From positions 4,779 to 68,778 of the forward strand of contig JAIRKD010000086.1 in NCBI GenBank assembly GCA_031260285.1: DNA of 64,000 nt, written 5' to 3'. The notes beneath the pieces were generated by a model that saw only the letters and a program-made list of their open reading frames with translations, did not search any database and was not told where the DNA came from. Both the position numbers and the translations under genes were made by a program. Positions within the stretch are counted from its first letter, which is position 1; each line of letters opens with the position of its first letter. The stretch is from Gemmatimonadota bacterium (GTDB taxonomy: Bacteria; Gemmatimonadota; Gemmatimonadetes; Longimicrobiales; Longimicrobiaceae). Positions 55,054 to 63,142 of this stretch are shown one piece after another.

Positions 55054-55162
55054 CGGGACGACCCGGTTTCCTCCTCCGACCAGGTCAGATTTCCATCTCT
55101 CCGGCCTCGTGACACATGCGTCACGCGCGCAGAAGACGGGGATACCTTCAACCGGGTCAGGC

Positions 55163-55714
55163 CTAGACTTCCATCACTTCGGCTTCCTTGTGCCGGAGCA
55201 GTTCCTCCAGCTGCTGGATATGCCGATCCGTGAGCTTCTGAACCTCATCCTGCTGACGGCGCGCATCATCTTCCGACAGATCGCCGTCCTTCTGGAGAAG
55301 CTTGATCATATCATTCGCCTCTTTCCGGGCCTGTCGGATCGAGACCCGACCATCCTCAGCCATCCGGTGCAGAAGACGGACGTACTCCTTGCGACGCTCT
55401 TCCGTCAGCGGCGGAATCGGAACCCGGATGACCTTCCCGTCGTTGGCGGGGTTCAGCCCGAGATCCGAAATCTTGATCGCCTTCTCGACCGGATTGAGCA
55501 TGGCGCGGTCCCACGGCTGCACAACCAGAAGCCTCGGCTCGGGGCTGCTCACCGTAGCGACCTGGTTGAGCGGCACCAGCGAACCGTAGGCATCCACCCG
55601 CACGGTGTCCAGAAGCGCGGGCGAGGCCTTCCCCGTCCGCACGCTGGAGAAATCCCGCCGGAGCGCTTCCAGCGAGGCAACCATCTGAATACGTGCTGCT
55701 TCCAGTGTCGGCAT
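55163..55714 (-). CDS. frr: Ribosome recycling factor
   Basis: 183 aa. Segments RTGKASPALLD, VQPWD and LTEERRKE are typical of RRF. Confidence 0.95.
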   Translation of the reverse strand: MPTLEAARIQMVASLEALRRDFSSVRTGKASPALLDTVRVDAYGSLVPLNQVATVSSPEPRLLVVQPWDRAMLNPVEKAIKISDLGLNPANDGKVIRVPIPPLTEERRKEYVRLLHRMAEDGRVSIRQARKEANDMIKLLQKDGDLSEDDARRQQDEVQKLTDRHIQQLEELLRHKEAEVMEV

Positions 55715-55734
55715 CGAGCGTTCTTCCGCTGTCT

Positions 55735-56442
55735 TCAGGGAGTGACTAAAGTGCCCACCGGCTCACCCTGGATCGCGCGAGCCACCGAACCCGGTTCCTT
55801 CAGGCTGAGTACCATGATCGGCAGCTTGTTCTCTCTGCACAACGAGAGAGCCGCAGTATCCATCACATTCAACTCCCGGTTGATCGCATCCGTCAGGCTG
55901 ATCTCCGGGAAAAACTCCGCATCGGGATGCTTCATCGGATCGGCGGAATAGACCCCGCGGACCTTGGTCGCCTTGATGATCACATCCGCGCCCATCTCGA
56001 TCCCCCGGAGCACCGCGCCGGTGTCCGTGGAAAAGTAGGGATTCCCGGTTCCACCCGCAAAGATCACGACCCTGCCCTTCTCCAGATGCCGCAGCGCCCG
56101 GCGCCGGATATAGGGCTCAGCAAGCTGTTCCATCCGGATCGCGGTGAGTACGCGGTTCTCAACACCTTTGCGCTCCAGAAGATCCTGTACCGCCAGTGCG
56201 TTGATCACGGTGGCGAGCATGCCCATATAGTCCGCGGAAACGCGATCCATTCCCTGCTGGCTCGCGATGGTGCCGCGTACGATATTGCCCCCGCCGATGA
56301 CCAGCCCCAGGCTGACGCCCATCGCGTGTACACCCTTGATCTCCTCCGTCAGACGATCAATGACGGGAGGATCGATACCGAAGCCCCGCTCACCAGCAAG
56401 GGCTTCACCCGAGATCTTCAGCAGCACACGCGAATATTTCAA
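55735..56442 (-). CDS. pyrH: UMP kinase
   Basis: [15 protein letters not shown] start. I chose TTG 56442 because a GGAGG SD lies 7 nt upstream; the track ORF starts 12 codons earlier, at TTG 56478. Also GGGNIVRG and [10 protein letters not shown]. Confidence 0.92.
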   Translation of the reverse strand: MKYSRVLLKISGEALAGERGFGIDPPVIDRLTEEIKGVHAMGVSLGLVIGGGNIVRGTIASQQGMDRVSADYMGMLATVINALAVQDLLERKGVENRVLTAIRMEQLAEPYIRRRALRHLEKGRVVIFAGGTGNPYFSTDTGAVLRGIEMGADVIIKATKVRGVYSADPMKHPDAEFFPEISLTDAINRELNVMDTAALSLCRENKLPIMVLSLKEPGSVARAIQGEPVGTLVTP

Positions 56443-56556
56443 GCCACCGCCTCCGTTACCGTCAATCTGCCGGCGCAACCGCCAGTGTTTATACCGTAAC
56501 GGGAAGCACCCTCACATATGCGGAAACATACGTGAAGACGCTTCCCGTTCCATGAT

Positions 56557-57150
56557 TCAGTCGCCCAGCCCGTAACGGACAAAGCGGCGGACCTCGATCT
56601 TCTCACCCGTCGTGGAGGATACTTCGGCGATCAGCTGACCAACCGTCTGATCCGGGTTCTTCACAAACGGCTGCTCAAGCAGCGTTGACTCAGCGAAGAA
56701 CTTCTCCATCTTGCCTTCGATGATCTTGTCCCAGATCTGCTCCGGCTTGCCGGACTCCTTCATCTGCTCCCGATAGACATTGCGCTCACGCTCAAGAACG
56801 TCCGCGGCGATGTCTTCACGACGGATCCCCGTCGGGTTCGAGGCAGCAATATGCATGGCGACATCGCGCACCAGCTGCAGGAACTGATCGGTCTTGGCAA
56901 CGAAGTCAGTCTCGCAGTTGACCTCGACAAGTACACCGATCTTTCCGCCCAGGTGGATATAGCTGCCGATGACTCCGTCGGTTGCCTCACGGCCCGCGCG
57001 CTTTGCCGCCTTCGCGATACCGCGGGCCCGGAGGATATCGATCGCCGCCTCGATGTTGCCGTTGGCTTCCTCAAGCGCGCCCTTACACTCCATCATTCCG
57101 GCACCGGTACGGTCCCGGAGCTCCTTGACTTCCTTTGCTGTGATGGCCAT
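56557..57150 (-). CDS. tsf: Elongation factor Ts (short ~197-aa form)
   Basis: MAITAKEVKELRDRTGAGMMECKGALEEANGNIE is the UBA-like N-terminus. Also EVNCETDFVA. Confidence 0.95.
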   Translation of the reverse strand: MAITAKEVKELRDRTGAGMMECKGALEEANGNIEAAIDILRARGIAKAAKRAGREATDGVIGSYIHLGGKIGVLVEVNCETDFVAKTDQFLQLVRDVAMHIAASNPTGIRREDIAADVLERERNVYREQMKESGKPEQIWDKIIEGKMEKFFAESTLLEQPFVKNPDQTVGQLIAEVSSTTGEKIEVRRFVRYGLGD

Positions 57151-57260
57151 TCCGCTCTCTGCTCGCTCAGCTTGTTGATATCGATTGAACCGGTCTCGGT
57201 CCGATGGTTACCGGAGCGCCTGCCGGCTCACTGATTCCGGAACTACCCGGGGGGCTATCA

Positions 57261-57297
57261 GCGAAACAGGGCCACGAGCGGTTTCCCGTTGTGGCCC
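57261..57297 (-). terminator. Attenuator/terminator hairpin between rpsB and tsf
   Basis: Minus strand: GGGCCAC-N15-GTGGCCC (57269-57297) followed by TGTTTCGC. An rpsB-tsf intergenic attenuator is known in other bacteria. Confidence 0.55.
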
Positions 57298-57324
57298 CAT
57301 CCCGAATACATTCCCGGACGGAAG

Positions 57325-58203
57325 TTACTCCGCTTCAGCCTCGTCTTCGCCGCCCGTCCGCAGGTTGGCGATGACTTCCGGACGAGGACGCCGCTTCCGG
57401 CGGGGGCGCTTCTTCTGACCGCCGCGACGATCATCATCCGCCGGAGCCGATTCACCGGTCTCCGAGGAATAGGTCGTGGCTTCCGCTTCATCCGCGCGAC
57501 GCCGGTCTTCGGCGGGCATCGCGGCACGGGCCTCGATGATCGTATTGCCGATCGCGCCGGCGATCAGGCTCACCGAACGGATCGCGTCGTCGTTACCAGC
57601 GATCGGCACAGTAAGCAGATCCGGATCCGCGTTGGTGTCCGCGATGGCGATCACCGGGATCCCCAGCTTGTTCGCCTCGCTGACAGCGATCCGCTCCTTC
57701 TTCGCATCCACAACAAAGAGTGCGCCGGGGATACGGGCCATGTCCTTCACACCGGCCAGGTACTTCTCAAGCTTCTCGCGCTCACGGTCCAGCATGAGGC
57801 GCTCTTTCTTCGTATAGAAGTCGAAAGCGCCTTCTTCCTGGCCGCGCTCCAGTTCACGGAGCCGGCGGATCTGCTTCTTGATCGTCGTGAAGTTTGTGAG
57901 CATTCCACCGAGCCAGCGTTCCGTAACATGGAACGAGTTTGAACGCTCAGCTTCGCTCTCGATCACCGACTTCAACTGACGCTTGGTGCAGACAAAGAGG
58001 ACGCGGTCGCCGCGCGAAATCACATCGCGGATCAACGCCTGCGCCAGCTCGATCTGACGAGCGGTCTTCTTGAGGTCGATGATGTAGATGCCATTGCGTT
58101 CCGCGAAGATGAACTTGCGCATCTTCGGGTTCCATCGGCTCGTCTGGTGGCCGAAGTGAACGCCGGCTTCAAGGAGTTCCTGGATCTGCGGGGCTGTCGA
58201 CAT
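57325..58203 (-). CDS. rpsB: 30S ribosomal protein S2 with charged C-terminal extension
   Basis: MSTAPQIQELLEAGVHFGHQTSRWNPKM start. ~60 extra C-terminal residues: ...DDRRGGQKKRPRRKRRPRPEVIANLRTGGEDEAEAE. Confidence 0.96.
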   Translation of the reverse strand: MSTAPQIQELLEAGVHFGHQTSRWNPKMRKFIFAERNGIYIIDLKKTARQIELAQALIRDVISRGDRVLFVCTKRQLKSVIESEAERSNSFHVTERWLGGMLTNFTTIKKQIRRLRELERGQEEGAFDFYTKKERLMLDREREKLEKYLAGVKDMARIPGALFVVDAKKERIAVSEANKLGIPVIAIADTNADPDLLTVPIAGNDDAIRSVSLIAGAIGNTIIEARAAMPAEDRRRADEAEATTYSSETGESAPADDDRRGGQKKRPRRKRRPRPEVIANLRTGGEDEAEAE

Positions 58204-58303
58204 GCTTGTGTGTTCGGGTTGTGTCTTCCACCGTCATCATCCGTCTCGCCCACCACCAGTCCGGCGGCACCCGCGAGCACGTCCGACGATGTGATTACCA
58301 CCG

Positions 58304-58332
58304 CCCCGCGGTTCCGGAATGAAACCGCGGGG
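58304..58332 (-). other. GC-rich hairpin just downstream of rpsI (no U-tract)
   Basis: 10-bp stem CCCCGCGGTT/AACCGCGGGG with a 9-nt loop, 11 nt after the rpsI stop. Could be a U-tract-less terminator or an mRNA 3' stabiliser. Confidence 0.5.
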
Positions 58333-58342
58333 TCGGAAGATC

Positions 58343-58801
58343 CTATCGCTTCGAGAACTGGAACCGCTTGCGCGCCTTCGGGCGGCCCGGCTTCTTACGC
58401 TCAACCTCGCGGGCATCGCGGGTCAGGAGCGCCTCGGCCCGAAGACGGGTCCGGAAGCCTTCGTCAATCTTGAGCAGAGCCCGGGCAAGCCCGAGCCGGA
58501 TCGCATCCGCCTGACCGTGCTGACCGCCGCCGGCGACCCGCACATGGACGTCGAACTGACCCTCGGTTTCCGTAACCGCCAGCGGGCGAAGGACACCCTG
58601 CTGGAGAATCCCCCGGGGGAAGTAGTCCTGGAGCGTACGACCGTTAACCGACCAGCTGCCGCTGCCCGGCCGAAGGTGCACACGAGCCACCGCCGTCTTG
58701 CGACGCCCGAGGCCATGCACCCGCTCGGGCGCCGACGAACTGCGACCCCCGCCTACCGTCAGTTCCGGCTCCGCGACCGGGGTATGATCCTCGTTAGACA
58801 T
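58343..58801 (-). CDS. rpsI: 30S ribosomal protein S9
   Basis: 152 aa. GRRKTAVARV and a C-terminal PGRPKARKRFQFSKR. Confidence 0.95.
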   Translation of the reverse strand: MSNEDHTPVAEPELTVGGGRSSSAPERVHGLGRRKTAVARVHLRPGSGSWSVNGRTLQDYFPRGILQQGVLRPLAVTETEGQFDVHVRVAGGGQHGQADAIRLGLARALLKIDEGFRTRLRAEALLTRDAREVERKKPGRPKARKRFQFSKR

Positions 58802-58813
58802 TCGCCTTCACGA

Positions 58814-59242
58814 CTACAGGTTGAGAGGTTCCGGCCGCTGCGCCTCATGCGGATGCTCGGCACCGGCATACACACGGAGCTTCGTTCGCATCTGCCGACC
58901 CAGCGCGCCCTTCGGGAGCATGCCCTTTACCGCCAGCTCGATCACCCGCTCCGGATGCTTCTCCAGCATCCGACGATACGGAATGAACTTCTCGCCACCC
59001 ATATAACCGGTGTGACGGAAATAGCTCTTCTGATCAGCCTTGTTACCACTGAGCTCGATCATGCTGGCGTTGATCACAACCACATGATCGCCAGTGTCGA
59101 GGTGCGGGGTATAGGTCGGCTTGTGCTTGCCGCGAAGAACCCGGGCGACTTCCGTCGCCACGCGTCCAAGAATCTTTCCGCGCGCGTCCACAACCCACCA
59201 CCGCCGCTCAATTTCGCCGGCTTTTACCGAGTACGTCTTCAT
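58814..59242 (-). CDS. rplM: 50S ribosomal protein L13
   Basis: ATG 59242 gives [20 protein letters not shown], a typical L13 N-terminus. The track ORF adds 13 upstream codons that cover the leader. Confidence 0.95.
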   Translation of the reverse strand: MKTYSVKAGEIERRWWVVDARGKILGRVATEVARVLRGKHKPTYTPHLDTGDHVVVINASMIELSGNKADQKSYFRHTGYMGGEKFIPYRRMLEKHPERVIELAVKGMLPKGALGRQMRTKLRVYAGAEHPHEAQRPEPLNL

Positions 59243-59256
59243 CACGCTCTCGCTCG

Positions 59257-59305
59257 AAAAAAAACGCGGCCCACCCCGCACCGCTCATATGGGGCGGAAC
59301 CCCGT
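59257..59305 (-). promoter_or_regulatory. rplM leader: GC-rich alternative hairpins followed by a U8 run (attenuator-like)
   Basis: Leader RNA (minus strand) reads GACGGGGUUCCGCCCCAUAUGAGCGGUGCGGGGUGGGCCGCGUUUUUUUUCGAGCGAGAGCGUG-AUG. GGGG/CCCC and CCGCCCC/GGGGUGG pairings are mutually exclusive. The U8 run ends 14 nt before the start codon. Confidence 0.5.
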
Positions 59306-59323
59306 CGTCAGAGACAGACAGCT

Positions 59324-59353
59324 ATGATAAGCCACTTGCACCAGCAATGTCAA
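59324..59353 (-). promoter_or_regulatory. Sigma-70-like promoter candidate for rplM-rpsI
   Basis: Minus strand: TTGACA (59353-59348), 18-nt spacer, TATCAT (59329-59324). Confidence 0.5.
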
Positions 59354-59422
59354 GCTTCATGATTGAGGCAGGCCGGGAATCCCGGGTGGCAGAGGGCAAC
59401 CCGCCCACACTCCTGCTCGCCG

Positions 59423-60277
59423 TCAGCTGAGGAAGGTTTCCAGAGCGCGGGCGCGGGACTGGTGCCGAAGACGGGTCAGCGCCCGCTCCTTGATCTGGCG
59501 CACGCGTTCGCGTGTGATCCCGAACCGTCCACCGATCTCCTCAAGCGTCAATGGTTCCGGCTCCCCGATTCCGAAGTAGAGACGCAGGATCTTCGCTTCC
59601 CGGTCCACAAGCGTGCCGAGAGCCTCGTCAATCGAGCGGGTCAGGGCGTGAGAGTACAGTTCTTCATCGGGGTCAGGAGCAGCATTGTCTCCCATATATT
59701 CAGAGAGTTGTCCCTCCTCTCCGGGGACCAGCGGGGCGTCCAGGGAGAGGTGGCTCCGGGAGATCGCGAGGGTGCTTCTGACTTCATCCCGCGAAATCTC
59801 CAGATGTTCAGCGATTTCCTCGGGGGTCGGCTCTCGCCCGAGCTCCTGCGCAAGCAGCGATGACTGCTTCCCGATCCGATGAAGCTCCCCCGCCCTGCTG
59901 AGCGGCACGCGCACGATCCGGGACTGCTCCGCAAGCGCCTGCAGAATCGCCTGCCGGACCCACCACACAGCGTACGAGATGAACTTGATCCCCTTTGTCT
60001 CATCAAACCTCTGCGCCGCCCGGAGCAGACCGATATTCCCCTCATTGATCAGATCCGCGAGCGAGACGCCCTGATGCTGATACCGTTTCGCAAACGAGAC
60101 CACAAAACGGAGGTTCGAACGGACAAGAGTGGCAAGCGCATCCTCATCACCATTCCGGATCCGGACGGCAAGAAGAGCTTCGTCAGACCGGCCGATCAGC
60201 GGGTAAGCGCTGATTTCACGCAGATACTGATCGAGAGATTCTGACTCGGCGATGACCTTGCGGGAAGTCATACTCAT
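59423..60277 (-). CDS. RNA polymerase sigma-70 family factor, short RpoD-like form lacking region 1.1
   Basis: ATG 60277 (MSMTSRKV...), ~284 aa. Region 2: NLRFVVSFAKRYQHQGVSLADLINEGNIGLLRAAQRFDETKGIKFISYAVWWVRQAI. Region 3: IVRVPL. Region 4: LTLEEIGGRFGITRERVRQIKERALTRLR. Confidence 0.88.
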   Translation of the reverse strand: MSMTSRKVIAESESLDQYLREISAYPLIGRSDEALLAVRIRNGDEDALATLVRSNLRFVVSFAKRYQHQGVSLADLINEGNIGLLRAAQRFDETKGIKFISYAVWWVRQAILQALAEQSRIVRVPLSRAGELHRIGKQSSLLAQELGREPTPEEIAEHLEISRDEVRSTLAISRSHLSLDAPLVPGEEGQLSEYMGDNAAPDPDEELYSHALTRSIDEALGTLVDREAKILRLYFGIGEPEPLTLEEIGGRFGITRERVRQIKERALTRLRHQSRARALETFLS

Positions 60278-60531
60278 GGGCGGAGATGGAGACAAGCTGG
60301 GAGAGACAGAACCGGCGGCGCCGGGAAACCGACAGAAAGGATCGGCTTCAGACAGCCGCAACCGGACAAAGTCTGGGGGAAGGCAGGAAACAACCTGCGG
60401 AGATGAGATCCCGGGTCGGATCCGGGATCACAAAATAGATACTGTCTCCTCTTTATACCTCTGTCAAGACCTTTGGTCAGGCAGGTTGATCCGCTTCCGT
60501 GCGGAGACGGACTCCCCGAAGCCGGTCCGGC

Positions 60532-61284
60532 CTAGCGAACGGGTTCCCCGATCCGCCTCCAGCGAACGTCCGTCAGCCACGAGAAGGGCCGGAGCGGGTC
60601 ACGCGCAAAGGAGTAGTACACAAACATCGGCCGACCGTGTATGGAGGCGGCATCAACGAACCCCCAGTAGCGGGAATCCTCGGAGTTGTCGCGGTTGTCA
60701 CCCAGAGCAAAGTATTTGCCGTCGGGCACTTCGATGGGTCCCCAGCTGTCACGGGTCGGTTCGTACCCATCCTGATCCCTTGTCGGCCCGACAAGGTACT
60801 CCCGCTGCCACATCATCCGTTCATCCGACGGCTCGGTAAAGCGGTCCAGATGACGGATATACGGCTCGTACTGGGGCTTCCCGTTGATGTAGAGGATCTT
60901 GTTCCGCATTTCCAGCGTGTCATGCGGCACTCCGACCAGGCGTTTGACGTAGTTCCGCGTAGGTTCGTGCGGGGGGAAGAAGACAACAACGTCGTTGCGT
61001 CTGGGTTCGGTGAAGCCGGGCAGGCGCACGGCCGTCCCGGGCAGTTCCGCGCCATACACCGCCTTGTTGACAAGCAGGAAGTCCCCGACGAGAAGCGTTC
61101 CCTCCATTGAGCCGGTGGGAATCTTGAACGCCTCAACCAGGAAGATACGAACCGCGAGGAAAAGGACGATGGCGGTGCTGAAGACGCGGAAGCCCTCCCA
61201 GATCCACCGACCAGTCGACATGACGACATGGTCCGTAACCGTCTCGTCCGCTGGTTCTTTGTTGTTTTCTGATCTGTCGACCAT
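60532..61284 (-). CDS. lepB: Signal peptidase I
   Basis: 250 aa. TM anchor, catalytic Ser box IPTGSMEGTL, Lys box YVKRLVG, and GDNRDNSEDSRYWGFV. Confidence 0.92.
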   Translation of the reverse strand: MVDRSENNKEPADETVTDHVVMSTGRWIWEGFRVFSTAIVLFLAVRIFLVEAFKIPTGSMEGTLLVGDFLLVNKAVYGAELPGTAVRLPGFTEPRRNDVVVFFPPHEPTRNYVKRLVGVPHDTLEMRNKILYINGKPQYEPYIRHLDRFTEPSDERMMWQREYLVGPTRDQDGYEPTRDSWGPIEVPDGKYFALGDNRDNSEDSRYWGFVDAASIHGRPMFVYYSFARDPLRPFSWLTDVRWRRIGEPVR

Positions 61285-61531
61285 GCGTCATAACCTCCAG
61301 CCAGGAACGAGCGCCAGGTCGTTCTTATACCCCATGTTCAGGGAGTTTCCCCCGGGACCGGGAATCTCAAGAATCAGACCTTCGAAGCCTGCTTCAACCC
61401 CGCATCCGGACCGCTGATCGGGCCACCTGAATCCGTTGTTTACAAGTGGCCGGGAACCCACGTTCCGCCGGTGGCCCGAAGTCCGGCAACGGCGCTGACA
61501 GCTCCGGACCTTTCCCCTCAGCCATCCTGCC

Positions 61532-62893
61532 TCAGTCTTCTCTGATAAAGGCGTACTTCTCGATCTTCTTGTAGAGATTGGATCGCGGCATATCCAGAAG
61601 ACGGGCCGTTTCCGAGACGTTCCAGTCGTTCTCCCGGAGTTTGTGCAGAACAAAAGCGCGCTCCGCAGCTTCCTTGAACTCGGCAAACGTTTCGCTGGCG
61701 AGCAGTTCCGCCGAAAGCCCCCCCCCCGCGGGCTGTCCTGTGACCAGCAGATCCACGTCCATCCCGGTGACACCGGGGCCGGGAGCCAGGATCAGCAGGC
61801 GTTCAACGGTGTTCCGCAGTTCGCGCACATTCCCCGACCAATCGAGCTGCTGCATGCGCTCCAGTGCTTCATCGGTGAAGCCCTTGGGAGCGAGGTGAGC
61901 CTCACGCGCCGCCCGTTCCGTAAAATGACGGATGAGCATCGGGATGTCCTCGCGCCGCTCGCGCAGCGGGGGCACGTGCAGGGGAATCACATTCAGCCGG
62001 TGGAAGAGGTCCTCCCGGAAACGTCCTTCACGGATCTCTTCCGTGAGCTCCTTGTTTGTCGCCGCGAGCACCCGCACATCCACCTGGATGGGACGGCCGC
62101 TTCCCACCCGGGTCACCACCCCCTCCTGAAGCGCTCTCAGCATCTTGGCCTGGGCGGCGAGGCTCATATCCCCTACTTCGTCCAGGAAAAGGGTGCCCCT
62201 GTGAGCAAGCTCGAACTTACCAGCCCGATCCTCATGCGCGCCGGTGAACGAGCCCTTCATATGCCCGAAAAGCTCCGACTCGATCAGCTCCGTCGGGATC
62301 GCCGCACAGTTCACTTCTACAAGCGGCAGTTCCGCGCGCGGAGAAAGCCGGTGAATGGCCCGCGCCACAAGTTCCTTTCCGGTCCCGTTCTCACCGGTGA
62401 TCAGGACCCGGGCGTCCGTTGGCGCGACACGTTCCAGCCGTTCGATCACCTGCCGGATCGCGAAGCTCCGGCCCACAATTTCATGGCGGCTCTGCACCTC
62501 GTCGCGCAGGCGGGCGTTTTCCGCCAGAAGACCGCGCTGCTGGAGCGCGTTCCGCAGAACAAGCAGCACCCGATCGGTATCAAGCGGCTTTTCGAGGAAG
62601 TCATACGCACCTCGTCGGGTCGCTTCCACAGCGGTCTCGATGGTCCCATGCCCGCTGATCATCACAATCATCGCGTGGGGGTCCACCTCGCGGATCCGGC
62701 TCAACGCCTCCAGCCCATCCATCCGCGCCATCTTCACATCCATGAAGGTCAGGTCGGGAAAGAACTCCCCGAAAACCGCAATTGCCTCCGGCCCGCTCCC
62801 CGCGGAACGGACTTCGTGGCCTTCATAGTCGAAGAGCTGCGCCAGTACATGGCGGATTCCTTCTTCGTCGTCAACAACCAGTATCCGGGCCAT
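61532..62893 (-). CDS. Sigma-54-dependent response regulator (NtrC family: receiver + AAA+ + Fis-type HTH)
   Basis: 453 aa. ILVVDDE receiver. Walker A GENGTGKE. ESELFGHMKGSFTGA (GAFTGA-type loop). C-terminal HTH NVSETARLLDMPRSNLYKKIEKY. Confidence 0.92.
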   Translation of the reverse strand: MARILVVDDEEGIRHVLAQLFDYEGHEVRSAGSGPEAIAVFGEFFPDLTFMDVKMARMDGLEALSRIREVDPHAMIVMISGHGTIETAVEATRRGAYDFLEKPLDTDRVLLVLRNALQQRGLLAENARLRDEVQSRHEIVGRSFAIRQVIERLERVAPTDARVLITGENGTGKELVARAIHRLSPRAELPLVEVNCAAIPTELIESELFGHMKGSFTGAHEDRAGKFELAHRGTLFLDEVGDMSLAAQAKMLRALQEGVVTRVGSGRPIQVDVRVLAATNKELTEEIREGRFREDLFHRLNVIPLHVPPLRERREDIPMLIRHFTERAAREAHLAPKGFTDEALERMQQLDWSGNVRELRNTVERLLILAPGPGVTGMDVDLLVTGQPAGGGLSAELLASETFAEFKEAAERAFVLHKLRENDWNVSETARLLDMPRSNLYKKIEKYAFIRED

Positions 62894-63142
62894 ATCCGCG
62901 CAGAAACCGTGTGATAATTCTTATGTGATCCCATGATAACACCGCCCCTCGCCCAGCTTGCTCCGATGATGGATCAAATCCGGGAGAGCGGCGCGGGAGG
63001 AGCTGTGTCACCGACCTGTCGTCCGGACCGGATCAATGGAAAATGCCGGATCCGTCCATCAATGGCGACCTTCTCCAGGCAGGTGATACCCGGTGACTCC
63101 TCATCAGGTTACACCGGGGACCCCAGGGGAACCGTCCGCGGG

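Noticed and set aside
60400-60470. Promoter for the sigma gene (TTGACA ... TATCTA on the minus strand) and an 8-bp hairpin GATCCCGG/CCGGGATC in its leader
   Set aside because: The hexamer spacing is ~20 nt, too long for a confident call. The hairpin is real but short, so I did not list it as a feature.
61288-61773. 161-aa minus-strand ORF bridging the ntrC-like 3' end and the lepB upstream spacer
   Set aside because: It overlaps the confidently called NtrC-type gene in another frame. The remainder lies in a spacer without an SD, and the sequence is not protein-like.
61643-62914. 423-aa plus-strand ORF. The same applies to 27678-28844, 30912-31835, 9838-10884, 20385-21452, 1289-2236 and 58319-59362.
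   Set aside because: Each is antisense to a confidently identified gene (ntrC-like, infB, nusA, ftsI/rsmH, fadN-like, ftsW, rpsI/rplM) and shows the Arg/Pro/His-rich artefact composition.
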